In this document: piece by piece, positions 48,713 through 60,038 of the stretch
Layout: each line of letters opens with the position of its first letter
How positions within the stretch are numbered: position 1 is the first letter of the stretch
Source of the DNA: Rhizodiscina lignyota
Taxonomy: Eukaryota
Length of the DNA: 64,000 nucleotides
Reading direction: 5' to 3'
Assembly (NCBI GenBank): GCA_010015805.1
Contig: ML978126.1
Coordinates: forward strand, 1,364,001-1,428,000
The notes under the pieces: model-generated
Told to the model about the DNA's origin: nothing
Seen by the model: only the letters and a program-made list of their open reading frames with translations
Database searches by the model: none
Position numbers and translations under genes: made by a program

Positions 48713-50334
48713 GGGATGCGCAAGGCTGAAACGTTATTTTATCGTCGTGGCATTCTTGGTGACGCCGTGCGGATATTAGAGTGATTCAGCGCCGCATCCG
48801 ACTCTCACAAATGCGCCTGAGAGGTGAGTAGACGCTCCAGAGGCATCAAAGTCAGGTCCACAGGTATCTTCCGGAAGGTTTTGGATAGATCAGCAACAGC
48901 CTTGTGGCGCGAGTTTTGAGAATCCAACTCCTCACCAGGGCGGGGAGAGCTACTCCGTAGGCAGCTAATTAACCCTTAGGCCCAGAAATCCCACGTGGGT
49001 TTCGTATCAGTCTATACTGTGTTGTAGGATTGCGACGGAATCCAATGGTCGAGACCAGGGGCGGCCGCCGGCGCCTATTCCTATTCGAAAAAACCTGCAT
49101 TAGTGGATATGTAATCTTTGTGTAGAGTTGAGCCTCAATTAGCCTCACCTGATCCTTTTCATTAATGACCTTAGCTTTGTAATTGCTTAGATATTGTCAT
49201 TGGTGTGAGTATTTCGAACTTTCTCCATTTCTTAACGCAGTGGAGACCACGTTAGCTATGGCGGAAGGTTCATATAAAACTAGAAAGGCCTGCAACTGCC
49301 ACATACTCTCGGTTTGGGCTTACAAGTAGAGGTTCTGAAGCTACACACCATCCGTCTAGAGATGAGAAGCTCTCATAATTGGCTTAGGAGCCTCGGAAGC
49401 ATGTGCGGTTGAGGTCTTAGTTTCTTCTTCCCCCTGGAAAGTGACCGGAAAGTGTCTGAAAAGGGCGACCGTATAGTAGGACACACTGTCCGGTGACTGC
49501 CGTTACGTAAAAAGCAAAATCAATTTCACAGAGCGGACACGTAAGCCAAGCGTTTGAATATAATTTCCTCACTTCATGAGGGCTGTTGGTGGAATTCAAG
49601 TGATGTCAAATATCAGGTTCTCGAGCACGATTTGGAGGAAAGAAGGGATGAAACCGAAGATGAACCGAGCCGGACGGAAGTCTGGGGCAGCCCGACGCTA
49701 ACTACTTCAAGTTGGTGGTGGTGCACGGTGCAGCGGGATGACGTCTAATAATCCAGCTCTCTCTGGAGGGGCAGCTAAGGTACAAGCCACAATGGGATCT
49801 TGGAGATCTGAATCATGGAGCTTGAAGAGATCCATGAAACTGTCGAACTTCTTGTATGTTAACAGAAATGATGTGCAAATACTACGTATTATAAAACTTG
49901 GTCTGGAACTTTCCATAGTCACAGACAATGCTTGGGGGATACCACTTCGAGAAGAGAGCAGAAAATCTGATCCTAAAAGCAGGAATGCAGTCGTACGCCA
50001 AGCAAAATGCGGTAGATGCCCAGCCGTATATCTTGCTCAAGCGCCCCATATCTAGGCCTGATAGGTCGTACTTTCCTGCTAAGCCTTTCACTGAGACATA
50101 AGGCTCGTGCCTGCTAACAAACACGTCACTTCGAAGCCGCTATAAGAGCTTCTTCTAAACTTCAGCAAGCAAGTTTCTCTCAAAACCTTTCAACACCCAA
50201 ATACTTGACCTGCAATTCAAAGTGGAGAGCTCATTTGATGTAAGTTTACGTGGCAGGACATCATTGTTTCTCGCTCCAGCGCTAAGAGTTTATAGAAAAG
50301 CGTCGGAATATCCGCCAACGACACACGCGACACA

Positions 50335-50748
50335 ATGGATCAACTCAAAGGCATGCTTGGTGGAGGAGACAATGAGTCCAAGAACGAGTCAAACAATCCC
50401 GAAGGTAGCAACTCTGGCGAGCAGAAGTCCTCTGGAGGCTTCCTCGGTGGCATTGGAGGCAAACTGAACAATGCGGCTGGTGGCGGCGCTCAAGGCGAGA
50501 AGAATGAGGACATGCTAGACAAGTAAGTCGACATTGTTGACCGTGTGTCTCAATCGTTGCTGACTGCTTTGGAATTCAGAGGCATCGACATGTTCCAAGA
50601 AAAGGCCCTTGGCCAAGGCAAGCAAGACAACGAGTCGGCGGTTGAGCAGGCAAAGGACGAGCAGATTTCCGACTTCATTCGTGGCCAGTATAAGAGTAAT
50701 ACGGGCAAAGACTTCCCCGTCAAGGACAAAGACACCACATTCGGTTAA
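50335..50748 (+). CDS. Small hydrophilic stress-type protein (fungal 'DDR48-like' family)
   Basis: Intron 50523-50579 joins GGFLGGIGGKLNNAAGGG..EKNEDMLDK to GIDMFQEK..NESAVEQAKDEQISDFIRGQYKSNTGKDFPVKDK. A probable 5'UTR intron lies at ~50239-50296. Confidence 0.8.
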
Positions 50749-51574
50749 AAGATCTGTGCATCCGAGGAAATTCGAAAGGATATCCTCGCAGACGGTGGTA
50801 AGCGAAGAGCTCGATCTTCGCGAACGGAAGTGGAATGGAATGCGGTCATTTTGTGCATTGAAGTCGGCCTCATGAATTCAGAGCTCTCATGCGGCTTGGA
50901 AGCAGGACACTGTATTCCCGAATGCTCATATCGATAGTCAGAATGAAGATTCCTTGACATCCTGGTGTCTTAAAGGTTAATTGAATGCTGCCGAAAGATC
51001 ATTTGATCGGTGTCATCAATGACATCTTCGCCCGTAAACTCCGAGAAGCCTCAGGTGATCTTGCAGGAACAGTCGAGCATCAAAATGGAGAGATTCGAAC
51101 ATCCGAAGGTTGTCAATGTCTTTATATATTTGATGTAACCTCAAAGACGATCCCTCATTTTCCACTTTGAGCTTAGAGTAGGCAAATCAGTGAGTCATGG
51201 AGACATTTCGTCTGTGGAGATAGGAAAAGTTCCGCGTGCGCCCCAAAAATGAAGCCCCTCTGTTCGGAGTTTAGTTGAGTGTAACTGAATTATAAATCCG
51301 GGTCCTGTAATATCAAATGTGGAAATTTTCGAATGCCCGAATGGTGAGCTGTTAACTTATGCTTCAAACTCCGACCGAGGACGACTTCGTTTGTTCCAAC
51401 GCTAATTGGAGACATTTGGTATGTTCCGCGTTCGCTGGAGGGGTGTACCTTAGTACATGAATATAAAAAGCCCATGACGACATTCAGATAAACAGAAGTG
51501 TAGTAATACTACTAGACTGTCAATATCGCAGACTGAGATCCACTTTCATATCAGTCGCGCTTCAAGGCGAAGAC

Positions 51575-52438
51575 ATGGACAAGATCCTCCACCCTTTCAA
51601 ACACAACAAGAGCATGGACACCAAGACCATTGTCCTCATTACTGGTATACCATTTACAATATCGCATAGTGCATTACAACCACATACTAACAGTTGCAAA
51701 GGCGCAAACAGCGGCATTGGGTATGCCGCTACCGAAAAGTTTATCAAAAACAAGGACTTTCACGTCATCATGGCCTGCCGCTCAACAGACAAGGCGCAAG
51801 CTGCTCTCAAACAGCTTGAATCGAAAAAAGAGCCTGGTTCAATGTCTCCTCTGCAGCTGGACATCACCTCCCAAGACTCCATCGACAACGCAGTCAAGCA
51901 CGTCACAGACCATTTCGGCCGCGTAGATGTGCTCATCAACAATGCAGGCATCATAGCTTTCGAGTCGACATTGATAGAAAATCTACGCAAGACCTTCGAG
52001 ACGAACATCTTTGCCCCAATGCTGATAACGTATGCATTTCTTCCGCTCTTGGAAGCATCAAAGGCCGCAACCCCACGTCTAGTGTACGTGTCCAGCGATC
52101 TAGGTAGCGTGACACTGCGGCGAGATCCAAGCTACCAGCATTACAAGGTACCGAGTACGCCATACCGAATGAGTAAGGCATCGCTCGATATGCTCGCAGC
52201 CTGCAACGAGGAAGAGTTTGCGCGTACGAAGGGCGCGGAAAGGATCAAAGTCTACGTGTTCAATCCTGGCTATACCGTCAGCAATCTCTCCGGTCCCGAG
52301 GGCGTGGAAATAAGGAAGAGTCGAGGAGCCGCAAGCCCAGAGGATAGTGGAGTTGCGTTAGTGGATATCTCTATGGGAAAGCGAGATGCGGACCAAGAGA
52401 AGGGAATGATAAACAAGAAGGGTTGGTATCCATGGTGA
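51575..52438 (+). CDS. Short-chain dehydrogenase/reductase
   Basis: Removing the 57-nt intron 51645-51701 restores TGANSGIG. Also DVLINNAG and the catalytic YRMSK. Confidence 0.92.
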   Translation: MDKILHPFKHNKSMDTKTIVLITGIPFTISHSALQPHTNSCKGANSGIGYAATEKFIKNKDFHVIMACRSTDKAQAALKQLESKKEPGSMSPLQLDITSQDSIDNAVKHVTDHFGRVDVLINNAGIIAFESTLIENLRKTFETNIFAPMLITYAFLPLLEASKAATPRLVYVSSDLGSVTLRRDPSYQHYKVPSTPYRMSKASLDMLAACNEEEFARTKGAERIKVYVFNPGYTVSNLSGPEGVEIRKSRGAASPEDSGVALVDISMGKRDADQEKGMINKKGWYPW

Positions 52439-52608
52439 AGATAGAAGAGGGATGATGAACAAAAGCGGCGAAGTCAGCGCTCCATTCACGACCACACTGA
52501 TCTCACGTGCTGTTGAACTGACTGCGAAGGACGCGTGCCGTCGGCCGTAGATGGTGCTCATTGGGACGCGGACATAGCGTAATTAGCTATCTCAATACTG
52601 CTTGCATT

Positions 52609-54141
52609 TTAGTGTCGCCACAGGCGCACAGCTCTATCTTTACCTCCACTGCCAACACGCTCGCCATCTGGAGACCAGTCCACGGCATAGACCTCGTCTT
52701 GATGACCCGGTAAATCTTCTTTCAACGTTCCTTTTGCTACGTCCCAAACTTTGAGTGTTGTATCCTTGGAGGCGCTGACAAGCAATCTGGAGTCAGGCGA
52801 GAAGCAGCATTGGTACACGTCTGACACATGCCCACGTAGTGTGGATATGAACTTGCCATCTCGTGCCGACCACAGTTTGACATGATTGTCGAATGATGCA
52901 GATGCAATGTAGAGGCCATCAGGTGAAAATGTGACGTGATTTACTGGTTTCTGATGTCCCTGGAGCCGCGCGAGTGGCTTCTTCGACTTTGACGGTTCCC
53001 AGAGAAACATTGTGAGGTCATCTGAAGCACTCACGAGGCGCTCGGTGACCTCTCCATTGAATGTCGCGGCATTTTTGAACTGCTCTTTTGCCTTTGCGAT
53101 TTTCTCTTCAGTCGTGGCGGGGACTTCACGTGTGTGATCGTGGAATGCTGTCCGAAGAGCGAAATCTGTCGAGAGTGCAAGATGATTTACTCTCGCCGCG
53201 TGAGATGAGAGAGTGTGTTCAAGTATCCCAGTAGAAGCACTCCAGATCTTGATCGTCCTGTCTAGTGAAGCCGTATATATTACGCCTGTGCCACCCCATC
53301 GCACGCACGTAACCGAGTCTTTGTGTCCAGACAGGACTATATCACATCTCTTGCTAACAGCATCCCATATCCGCACAGTCGCATCTCTGGATGAGGAGGC
53401 AAGACGCGGTCTACCGGGCTCTTGAATGTGATATGGCTCCCATGATAAGCTCATCACCGATTTTGTATGACCTTTCAGGGCATTACCGAGCGGTTTGCCT
53501 TTCTTGTCCCACAACCGTACAGTGCTGTCGTCACTGCCAGTAGCAATCATGGTGTCGTCCGGTGACCAAGATACAGCCAGGATGAATTTTGTGTGACCCT
53601 TGAGTGTGCTTACAGGTGTACCCGTCTCGCAATCCCATATTCGGGCAGTCGCATCGCCACTCCCTGTAACAAGTTTTGATGATGAAGCAGGCGAGAATTG
53701 CGCCGCTAGAATCACTTGTCCATGCCCTGATATTGATGCTGAGCATCGTGAAACCGCTCTCACTCGGAATACAGCTTGCGGCTCGTACTCTAAGGAGATC
53801 TCTTCTTCCGTATTTTCTACTGCACCATGCAAGTCTGAGCCATCTGCAATCGCCTGTGTCGACACACCAGCAGTCGATTCTCGCCGTACGAAGAACCGAT
53901 GTGGAACTCTCTCCGCCGCATCATCGAGGCCTTTCAGAGAATTGAGGAGAACATTTAAGTTTTTTGTTGTTGCTTGGGCAAGAGGAATGGCCACGGTCGA
54001 GCCCACTTGCTCGTTAGTAGCCCGGTCTACAAAGCGAACGCGAACGTTGCCTGAAGGTGGAGGTTGGTCGTTTTGTTCGCGGGTCCGCAGCTCGGCTTCG
54101 AGCTTTCTGCGCTTGCTCGGAGGGGGAGGTACGGTAGCCAT
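52609..54141 (-). CDS. RSA4: Ribosome assembly protein 4 / Notchless WD40 protein
   Basis: N-terminus MATVPPPPSKRRK, NLE domain ending PQAVFRVR, WD40 repeats and C-terminus DLPGHQDEVYAVDWSPDG..RLWRH. Confidence 0.96.
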   Translation of the reverse strand: MATVPPPPSKRRKLEAELRTREQNDQPPPSGNVRVRFVDRATNEQVGSTVAIPLAQATTKNLNVLLNSLKGLDDAAERVPHRFFVRRESTAGVSTQAIADGSDLHGAVENTEEEISLEYEPQAVFRVRAVSRCSASISGHGQVILAAQFSPASSSKLVTGSGDATARIWDCETGTPVSTLKGHTKFILAVSWSPDDTMIATGSDDSTVRLWDKKGKPLGNALKGHTKSVMSLSWEPYHIQEPGRPRLASSSRDATVRIWDAVSKRCDIVLSGHKDSVTCVRWGGTGVIYTASLDRTIKIWSASTGILEHTLSSHAARVNHLALSTDFALRTAFHDHTREVPATTEEKIAKAKEQFKNAATFNGEVTERLVSASDDLTMFLWEPSKSKKPLARLQGHQKPVNHVTFSPDGLYIASASFDNHVKLWSARDGKFISTLRGHVSDVYQCCFSPDSRLLVSASKDTTLKVWDVAKGTLKEDLPGHQDEVYAVDWSPDGERVGSGGKDRAVRLWRH

Positions 54142-54274
54142 TGGAGGCAGCGATTATATTTCGTGACTTTGCAGGAGGGCCTGATAGATGCGCTTGATCT
54201 GGTTCTGGATTTTCAAAAAAAAAGCATTTCGGCTTCGCCGAGTTCGGCCCGATTGGATGCCAAGACCACTGATA

Positions 54275-54376
54275 TGCGCGTCATTTTAGCGCGACGCGTC
54301 CCGAGTCTAGGAGTTTCTCGTCTCATGTCGCGACGTGGACTGCCCTACACCTTGAACACGTCGAAAGTACGCGTCT
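54275..54376. promoter_or_regulatory. MCB-like ACGCGT elements in the RSA4/MSH4 divergent promoter
   Basis: ACGCGT occurs near 54294 and 54369, with additional CGCG cores, within the 304-bp intergenic gap. Confidence 0.35.
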
Positions 54377-54445
54377 TGCATCTCCAATTCTCAGATGCGA
54401 GAATATACTCATGAGCTAGCGGATTTGCTAACCTAGAGCGCTAAC

Positions 54446-57422
54446 ATGGCACCTAAGCAGCGGACGTCAACGTCATACACGACAGGAAGCACGAAGCAGA
54501 GCACATCTTATCCATCATACTCGTATTCATACCCATACAATACAACCACTTCTCGTCCAAGGACTGGCAATCAGAGCACCGGCCGTCCAAGCACGTCAAG
54601 ACCCCGTACTGGCGCATCGACTATTGCTGGAATTGAAGCTCAACGCATCATCTGTGCGGTGACAGAGTCGCGTGGTGTCGCGCCGACTGTGGGCCTTGCG
54701 TTTGTCAATCTCGATACAGCCGAGTCAGCTCTATGCCAGATCAGTGACAGCCAAACTTATGTTCGAACATGTCATAAAATATCCCTCTACGCACCATCCG
54801 TGATACTGATCACAGGTTCCGCCGCAAACCCTGATTCCAAACTACTTTCAATCATCAAAGAGAACCTCGCGGACCTTGATGCTGATCTTGAGTTCCTCGA
54901 CCGACGCTACTTTGCTGAAAGTACAGGTCTGGAATACATTGAGCAGCTTGCCTTTCGTGATGATGTGGAAGCCATCAAAGTGGCGATTGGCGGCAACTAT
55001 TTTGCAGTCTGCTGCTTTGCCGCTGTATGATCTGGTCAATCCCTTTCATTTTAGTCTACTTCTCATCTGAATCTAGGTGTTGAAGTATATCGACCACCAG
55101 CTCGGATCGACGTTTCAACGCCATACTCTCAGAATCAAATACGAACCCTCTGAAGGCTCCATGATGATTGACGTTGCAACTATCCGCTCACTTGAACTCA
55201 TCCAGAATCTGCAGAATCCAAAGTCCCGCGATTGCCTTTTTGGACTTCTCAACGAGACATCCACTCACATGGGGGCACGTTTGCTGCGCAGCAATATCCT
55301 CCAGCCATCTACGGATCAACCAACTCTTGCCACTCGCTATGACGCGGTGGAAGAATTGGCTTCGAAGGAGGAAATGTTCTATGCCACGAGACAGGGTTCG
55401 CGAGAATGTGATTTCTTTTTGGTGCGCGCTAACTGGATCTAGCGTTGAAAAACTTGCCAGATGTTGACAGGATACTGACAACTGTAAGTCCTCAGCAGTT
55501 GCTACATACTCAGGCCCTGACGGATCTAGTTGATTATCGTTCCGAATGAGCATGACGTTACCCATGCAGAACAAGATATCAACAGAATCATAATGTTGAA
55601 AGAGTTCGTGGAACGTATCCGGCCTGTTTATGAGGCACTCAGCGGCAGTGAAAGCGAAGTGCTCAAACAAATTCGCAGCGTAAGAGTCTGGACGACCAGT
55701 GTGACTGCTTGGGCTAATTTACCTAGCTTTGCCTTCCGGAGATTGTGAACCCCGTAGAGGATCTCATCAAAAGTGTGATCAACGAGGATGTAAAATATGC
55801 AAAGGCACCGGTAGAACTGCGGAACCAGAGAGTATATGCTGTTACTGTCAGACTGGAAATCTATTGTTTGTATTACAGCTGACCCATCAAGGCTGGTGTG
55901 AATGGCCTTCTCGATGTTGCACGAGTTACTTTTAAGGAGGCCATGGACGATGCTTACGAACACATGAAAGAGCTCAACGGTATGTACTAAGCGAACTCCT
56001 CATGCGGCTTCCATCTGACGTACAAATGAAGCGACGCATGAGTTGGACCTGGAGCTAAAGTTTGAAAACGTGCGTCAATTCTACCTGCGCCTCCCTGCAT
56101 CCGACCTGGAACATCGCGCTCTGCCACCCGTCATTACAAACATCATCCGAAAGAAGACATGGATAGAGTGCTCCACCCTGGACCTCATGAAGCTGAATCA
56201 GAAGATCCATGATGCACATCACGAAGTGCTCCTCCAGAGCGCGAACGCCATCCTGACTCTCATAGAATCCCTCAGAACTCACATGTCAAGCCTATTCCGA
56301 ATCTGTGAAGCCATCGCTATGTTGGACATGCTCTCGTCCTTTGCTCACCTCGTCACGAGTTATGAATACATACGGCCTCAGATTACGGATACGTTGGGAA
56401 TCAAGGCAGGACGTCATCCGATCAAAGAACGAGTGCAAACGACAAAGTTCATTCCCAACGACGTTTACTCATCCCAGAGTACTCGTTTCCAAATCATCAC
56501 AGGATGCAATATGAGCGGCAAGAGTACATACATCCGCATGATCGCACTTCTCGCGATTATGGCGCAAGTTGGAAGCTTCGTGCCGGCTTCTTATGCTTCC
56601 TTCCCAATCTTGCATCAGCTATTTGCTCGAACAAGCTTGGATGACAGCATTGAGGCGAATGTTTCAACTTTTGCCGCTGAGATGCGTGAGACAGCTTTCA
56701 TCCTGCGAAACATTGACAGGCGCAGCATGGCCATTGTTGATGAGCTGGGAAGGGGCACGAGCACACGGGATGGACTTGCTATTGCTATTGCTATTGCAGA
56801 AGCACTAGTGGATTCTCGTGCCTTGGTCTGGTTTGCGACCCACTTCCGGGAGCTGGCAAGGATCATGTCGGAGCGAAGTGGAGTAATCAATTTGCACTTG
56901 GCAGTCGATATTTCTGATGCTCAAAGCCGCACGAACAGGGGCGGGACTCGACATTCGAGCACAGACCTTGGCATCGATGACAACCACGTCAATGCTGAAA
57001 GCCAAACGATTACAATGCACTACACCGTCGCTCCTGGCCATGTCCAAACGACGCACTACGGCTTGGCTCTAGCGTCTGTTGTTCCACTCCCTGCCGCAGT
57101 TCTTGAAACGGCAGACAAGGTAGCACGCAAGCTGGACCTCAATGCGAAGACACGCAAGAAAACCAGTGCAGCAGTTCTGCGGGAGCGGAGGCGAAAGCTG
57201 ATCCTTAATCTCAAAGAGCACCTTGTACAAGCTCGGACAGGCGGCTTGGAAGGTGACGTACTGAGGGATTGGTTGGCCGAGTTGCAGAAAGAGTTTGTCA
57301 GGAGGATGGCAGAGATCGACAATGAAACAGAGTCAGTTATTCATGAAGAAGATGGAGATGAGAGTGATGTTCGAGATGAGAATGCGTCGGCGAATGGCAC
57401 CGACGCTATGATCGAAGATTAA
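54446..57422 (+). CDS. MSH4: Meiotic MutS homolog 4
   Basis: ICAVTESRG, QISDSQTY, LELIQN, ATPase motif ITGCNMSGKSTY, STFAAEM, DELGRGTS and FATHF. Six GT-AG introns splice in frame. Confidence 0.93.
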
Positions 57423-57578
57423 CTGGAGGGCACGAGATAGCTTGAAAATGTCTGAGCACCGAAAGATTTGCTGGAACGAGAGTTCGTAGCAGTACTTGCT
57501 TGACGTCGCATATGTTGCTGTTCTACACATGAGAATCGAACGTGGACGTTCCTGTTGCATTGTGTTGACTATAACATA

Positions 57579-59072
57579 TCATGCACCTGCTGCGTCCACC
57601 AAGTTCAAGTACACCTCGCTCAGCGTGGGGAAGGCTGGGATTGCATGAGTGAGCTGCTCCAATGTCAATCCTCCCACTATAGCCACAGTGGATGGGTGTA
57701 TTAGTTCTGCAACGTCGTCGCCAACAAGCGTTGCCCCCAAAAGTTTGTTCGTCTGTTCCTCCACAATCCACTGTGCCCAACCGGCCTTGTAGCCTTCCGC
57801 ATGGAGCATGGCACCGACAGATACAACTGGTGCGGTAACTTCACGGAACGCTCTGCCCTCCTTCTGTGCTCTCGTCCTCGTGAGACCGACGGACGCGGCG
57901 TTCGGATTGGTGAACACAACCTGTGGAACTGCAGTATGATCGGCCGTTGCAGAAACATTGTCGTATTCTCGTGGCCGCACGTTGATGCCTTTGGCTTTCG
58001 CAATAATCGCGTTTGCCGCGATCTTGCCGTGATATTTGCACGAGTGCGTCAATGGAGCGCGGCCATTGATGTCTCCGGCGGCATAAAGCCAATCTCCAGG
58101 CACAGAGTCGACAAGCAGAGACTCGTTGACCGGGAGTGGAGTACCGTCAGTTTTTAGTCCAAACTGTTCTAATCCCATGTCATTTGTGCGGGCCTTCCTT
58201 CCCGCCGCAACGAGGATCTCAGTGCCCTGAATAGTCTCTCCTGTAGATAGCTCCACTTTCACAGATCCGTTGGCTTCTCGATGAACTTTGGTCGCCTCGG
58301 TACTCAAGTGAATCTTGACTCCTTGAGATTCAAGGCTTCCGCGGACAAGCTTTCCTGCCTCGGGGTCCATTCTCGGCAAGACTTCTGGTGCGATACAGAC
58401 GAGACTAACCTTGCCACCAAAACTTGCGTACACGGCGGACATCTCACAACCAACTGCACCGGCGCCGAGGACAATGAGATGCTCCGGAACTTCGCTGGCA
58501 CTTGTGGCCTGCCTGGGACCCCATGGATTCACCTCCGCAAGTCCTGGGATATTTGGAATCATTGGCACGCTGCCACTGCATAGTGCGACGGCGAGTTTTG
58601 CCTCAAGCTCGATCTTGTCTCCACTGCCTGACTGTACCGAGACCTTCTTAACACCCGTGAGTCGTCCTACTCCACGAACGAGATCCGCACCGCTATTCTC
58701 AACAAGTGGTACCAGTCGATCGGCATCGTTCCACTTCGATGTAAACGCATCCCTTCTTGCAAAAACAGCATGGACGTCAACACCGTTGGCTGAGTTAAGT
58801 CTCTCCTTCACACCAGTGACTGCCTTTGCTTCTTCCAGAGCCTGCAATGGCCGTAAGAGTGCCTTGCTTGGCACGCAGGCCCAAAACGGACAGTCGCCGC
58901 CGACAAGCTCCTCTTCAACTACAACAGCTGTATAGCCAGCCTTGACGAGTCGGGCGCCAATAACTCGACCAGCCCAGCCGGATCCTATGCATATCACATC
59001 GTATGTGGCGTTCTTAAGCGAGGAAGGAGCGTGAGAGCTTGGATGGAGATTGATGCTATTGTAAGGAGGCAT
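57579..59072 (-). CDS. Pyridine nucleotide-disulfide oxidoreductase (Lpd/MerA-like, bacterial-type)
   Basis: Intronless. FAD motif IGSGWAG, redox dithiol GGDCPFWACVPSK, NAD motif GAGAVG, AAGD, and dimerisation domain ending FPTLSE. Confidence 0.92.
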   Translation of the reverse strand: MPPYNSINLHPSSHAPSSLKNATYDVICIGSGWAGRVIGARLVKAGYTAVVVEEELVGGDCPFWACVPSKALLRPLQALEEAKAVTGVKERLNSANGVDVHAVFARRDAFTSKWNDADRLVPLVENSGADLVRGVGRLTGVKKVSVQSGSGDKIELEAKLAVALCSGSVPMIPNIPGLAEVNPWGPRQATSASEVPEHLIVLGAGAVGCEMSAVYASFGGKVSLVCIAPEVLPRMDPEAGKLVRGSLESQGVKIHLSTEATKVHREANGSVKVELSTGETIQGTEILVAAGRKARTNDMGLEQFGLKTDGTPLPVNESLLVDSVPGDWLYAAGDINGRAPLTHSCKYHGKIAANAIIAKAKGINVRPREYDNVSATADHTAVPQVVFTNPNAASVGLTRTRAQKEGRAFREVTAPVVSVGAMLHAEGYKAGWAQWIVEEQTNKLLGATLVGDDVAELIHPSTVAIVGGLTLEQLTHAIPAFPTLSEVYLNLVDAAGA

Positions 59073-60038
59073 GACACGTGTAAAGTAATAGGGGCTGTGA
59101 TTCTCAATCAAACCAGATTTATGGGCTTTAACTGGGAAATAACAGTAAGAAAGACTTCAGTGGCAGTTGAGCGGTTGATCTCTGAAAGAGCCTGAACCTT
59201 AGTCTCCACCTCGGGCACGGACGGGAATCTTTATGCGAGAGGCGGTTGGCATTTTTGAGAAATCGAATCCGGTTATTACTTGAAAGGGAAACGCGAATAC
59301 TGCAAGAGAGGTATTGTGAAAGAGTCACCTGGTGTGGCAGAGGATCAAGTCCCACGCTTTGTATCCCACTTGGAATCAAGCGGCGTCAAACCCACAACAA
59401 TTCGCCTGACAAAGCACACTGGTCTCTTGGTGCCAATTATGAGACTGTAGATTCCCCATTGGTCTGCTGGCCAACGAGCAGCGGCAGGACTTGCAGATGT
59501 CGATATTGGCGAAACAGATTGAAAGGCTTGACACATATCCGGGGCTACTCGGGTGAGTAAGCTGCTCGAAGATTATCAAAGACTCTTTGCTTTCGTCGTG
59601 GCCGGGGAAATCATGCACGGTGAAGCGAATCGATTTACAGTTGTGAAGTCCAGTGAGAGGCGGCGCGCTGGTTCAGGAGTCGTTATGGCGTCCGGCCAAT
59701 CTCGGGACCCGCTTTTCCATTTTTTCAGCATCCGGAACGGAAAAATGAGATACCGGTCCTTACTCCTGCATTCGGATGAGGAATACCTGACTAAACTGGC
59801 ATAGAGCCATCACATCTCCACGGTACATCTTCTCGGGCCTCTAACTGGAGTTGTCACGACTAAAAAGACAAATATGGCAAGCGGTCAACATGCCGATATG
59901 TATAAACTTCCATACTGTCTCTCGACGAAGCCGCAAATCAATGTGGAAGGACTCCTGAAATGGCTGGAGAGAGGAACGTGAAAGAAGGAACAAGTATTCA
60001 AGTCTTTCCCAACCAAGACGAAGCTACGCTAAGTGCAT

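Noticed and set aside
48800..50200. Short ORFs upstream of the NLR
   Set aside because: No recognisable domain or splice-consistent model. Treated as intergenic.
50335..50748. G/N/Q-rich small gene near the NLR as an amyloid signalling partner
   Set aside because: It matches a common hydrophilic stress-protein family. No shared amyloid motif is seen in the NLR N-terminus and there is no HeLo/HELL domain.
57579..59072. Mercuric reductase or mitochondrial dihydrolipoamide dehydrogenase
   Set aside because: It lacks the MerA C-terminal Cys-Cys pair and the Lpd HPTxxE histidine.
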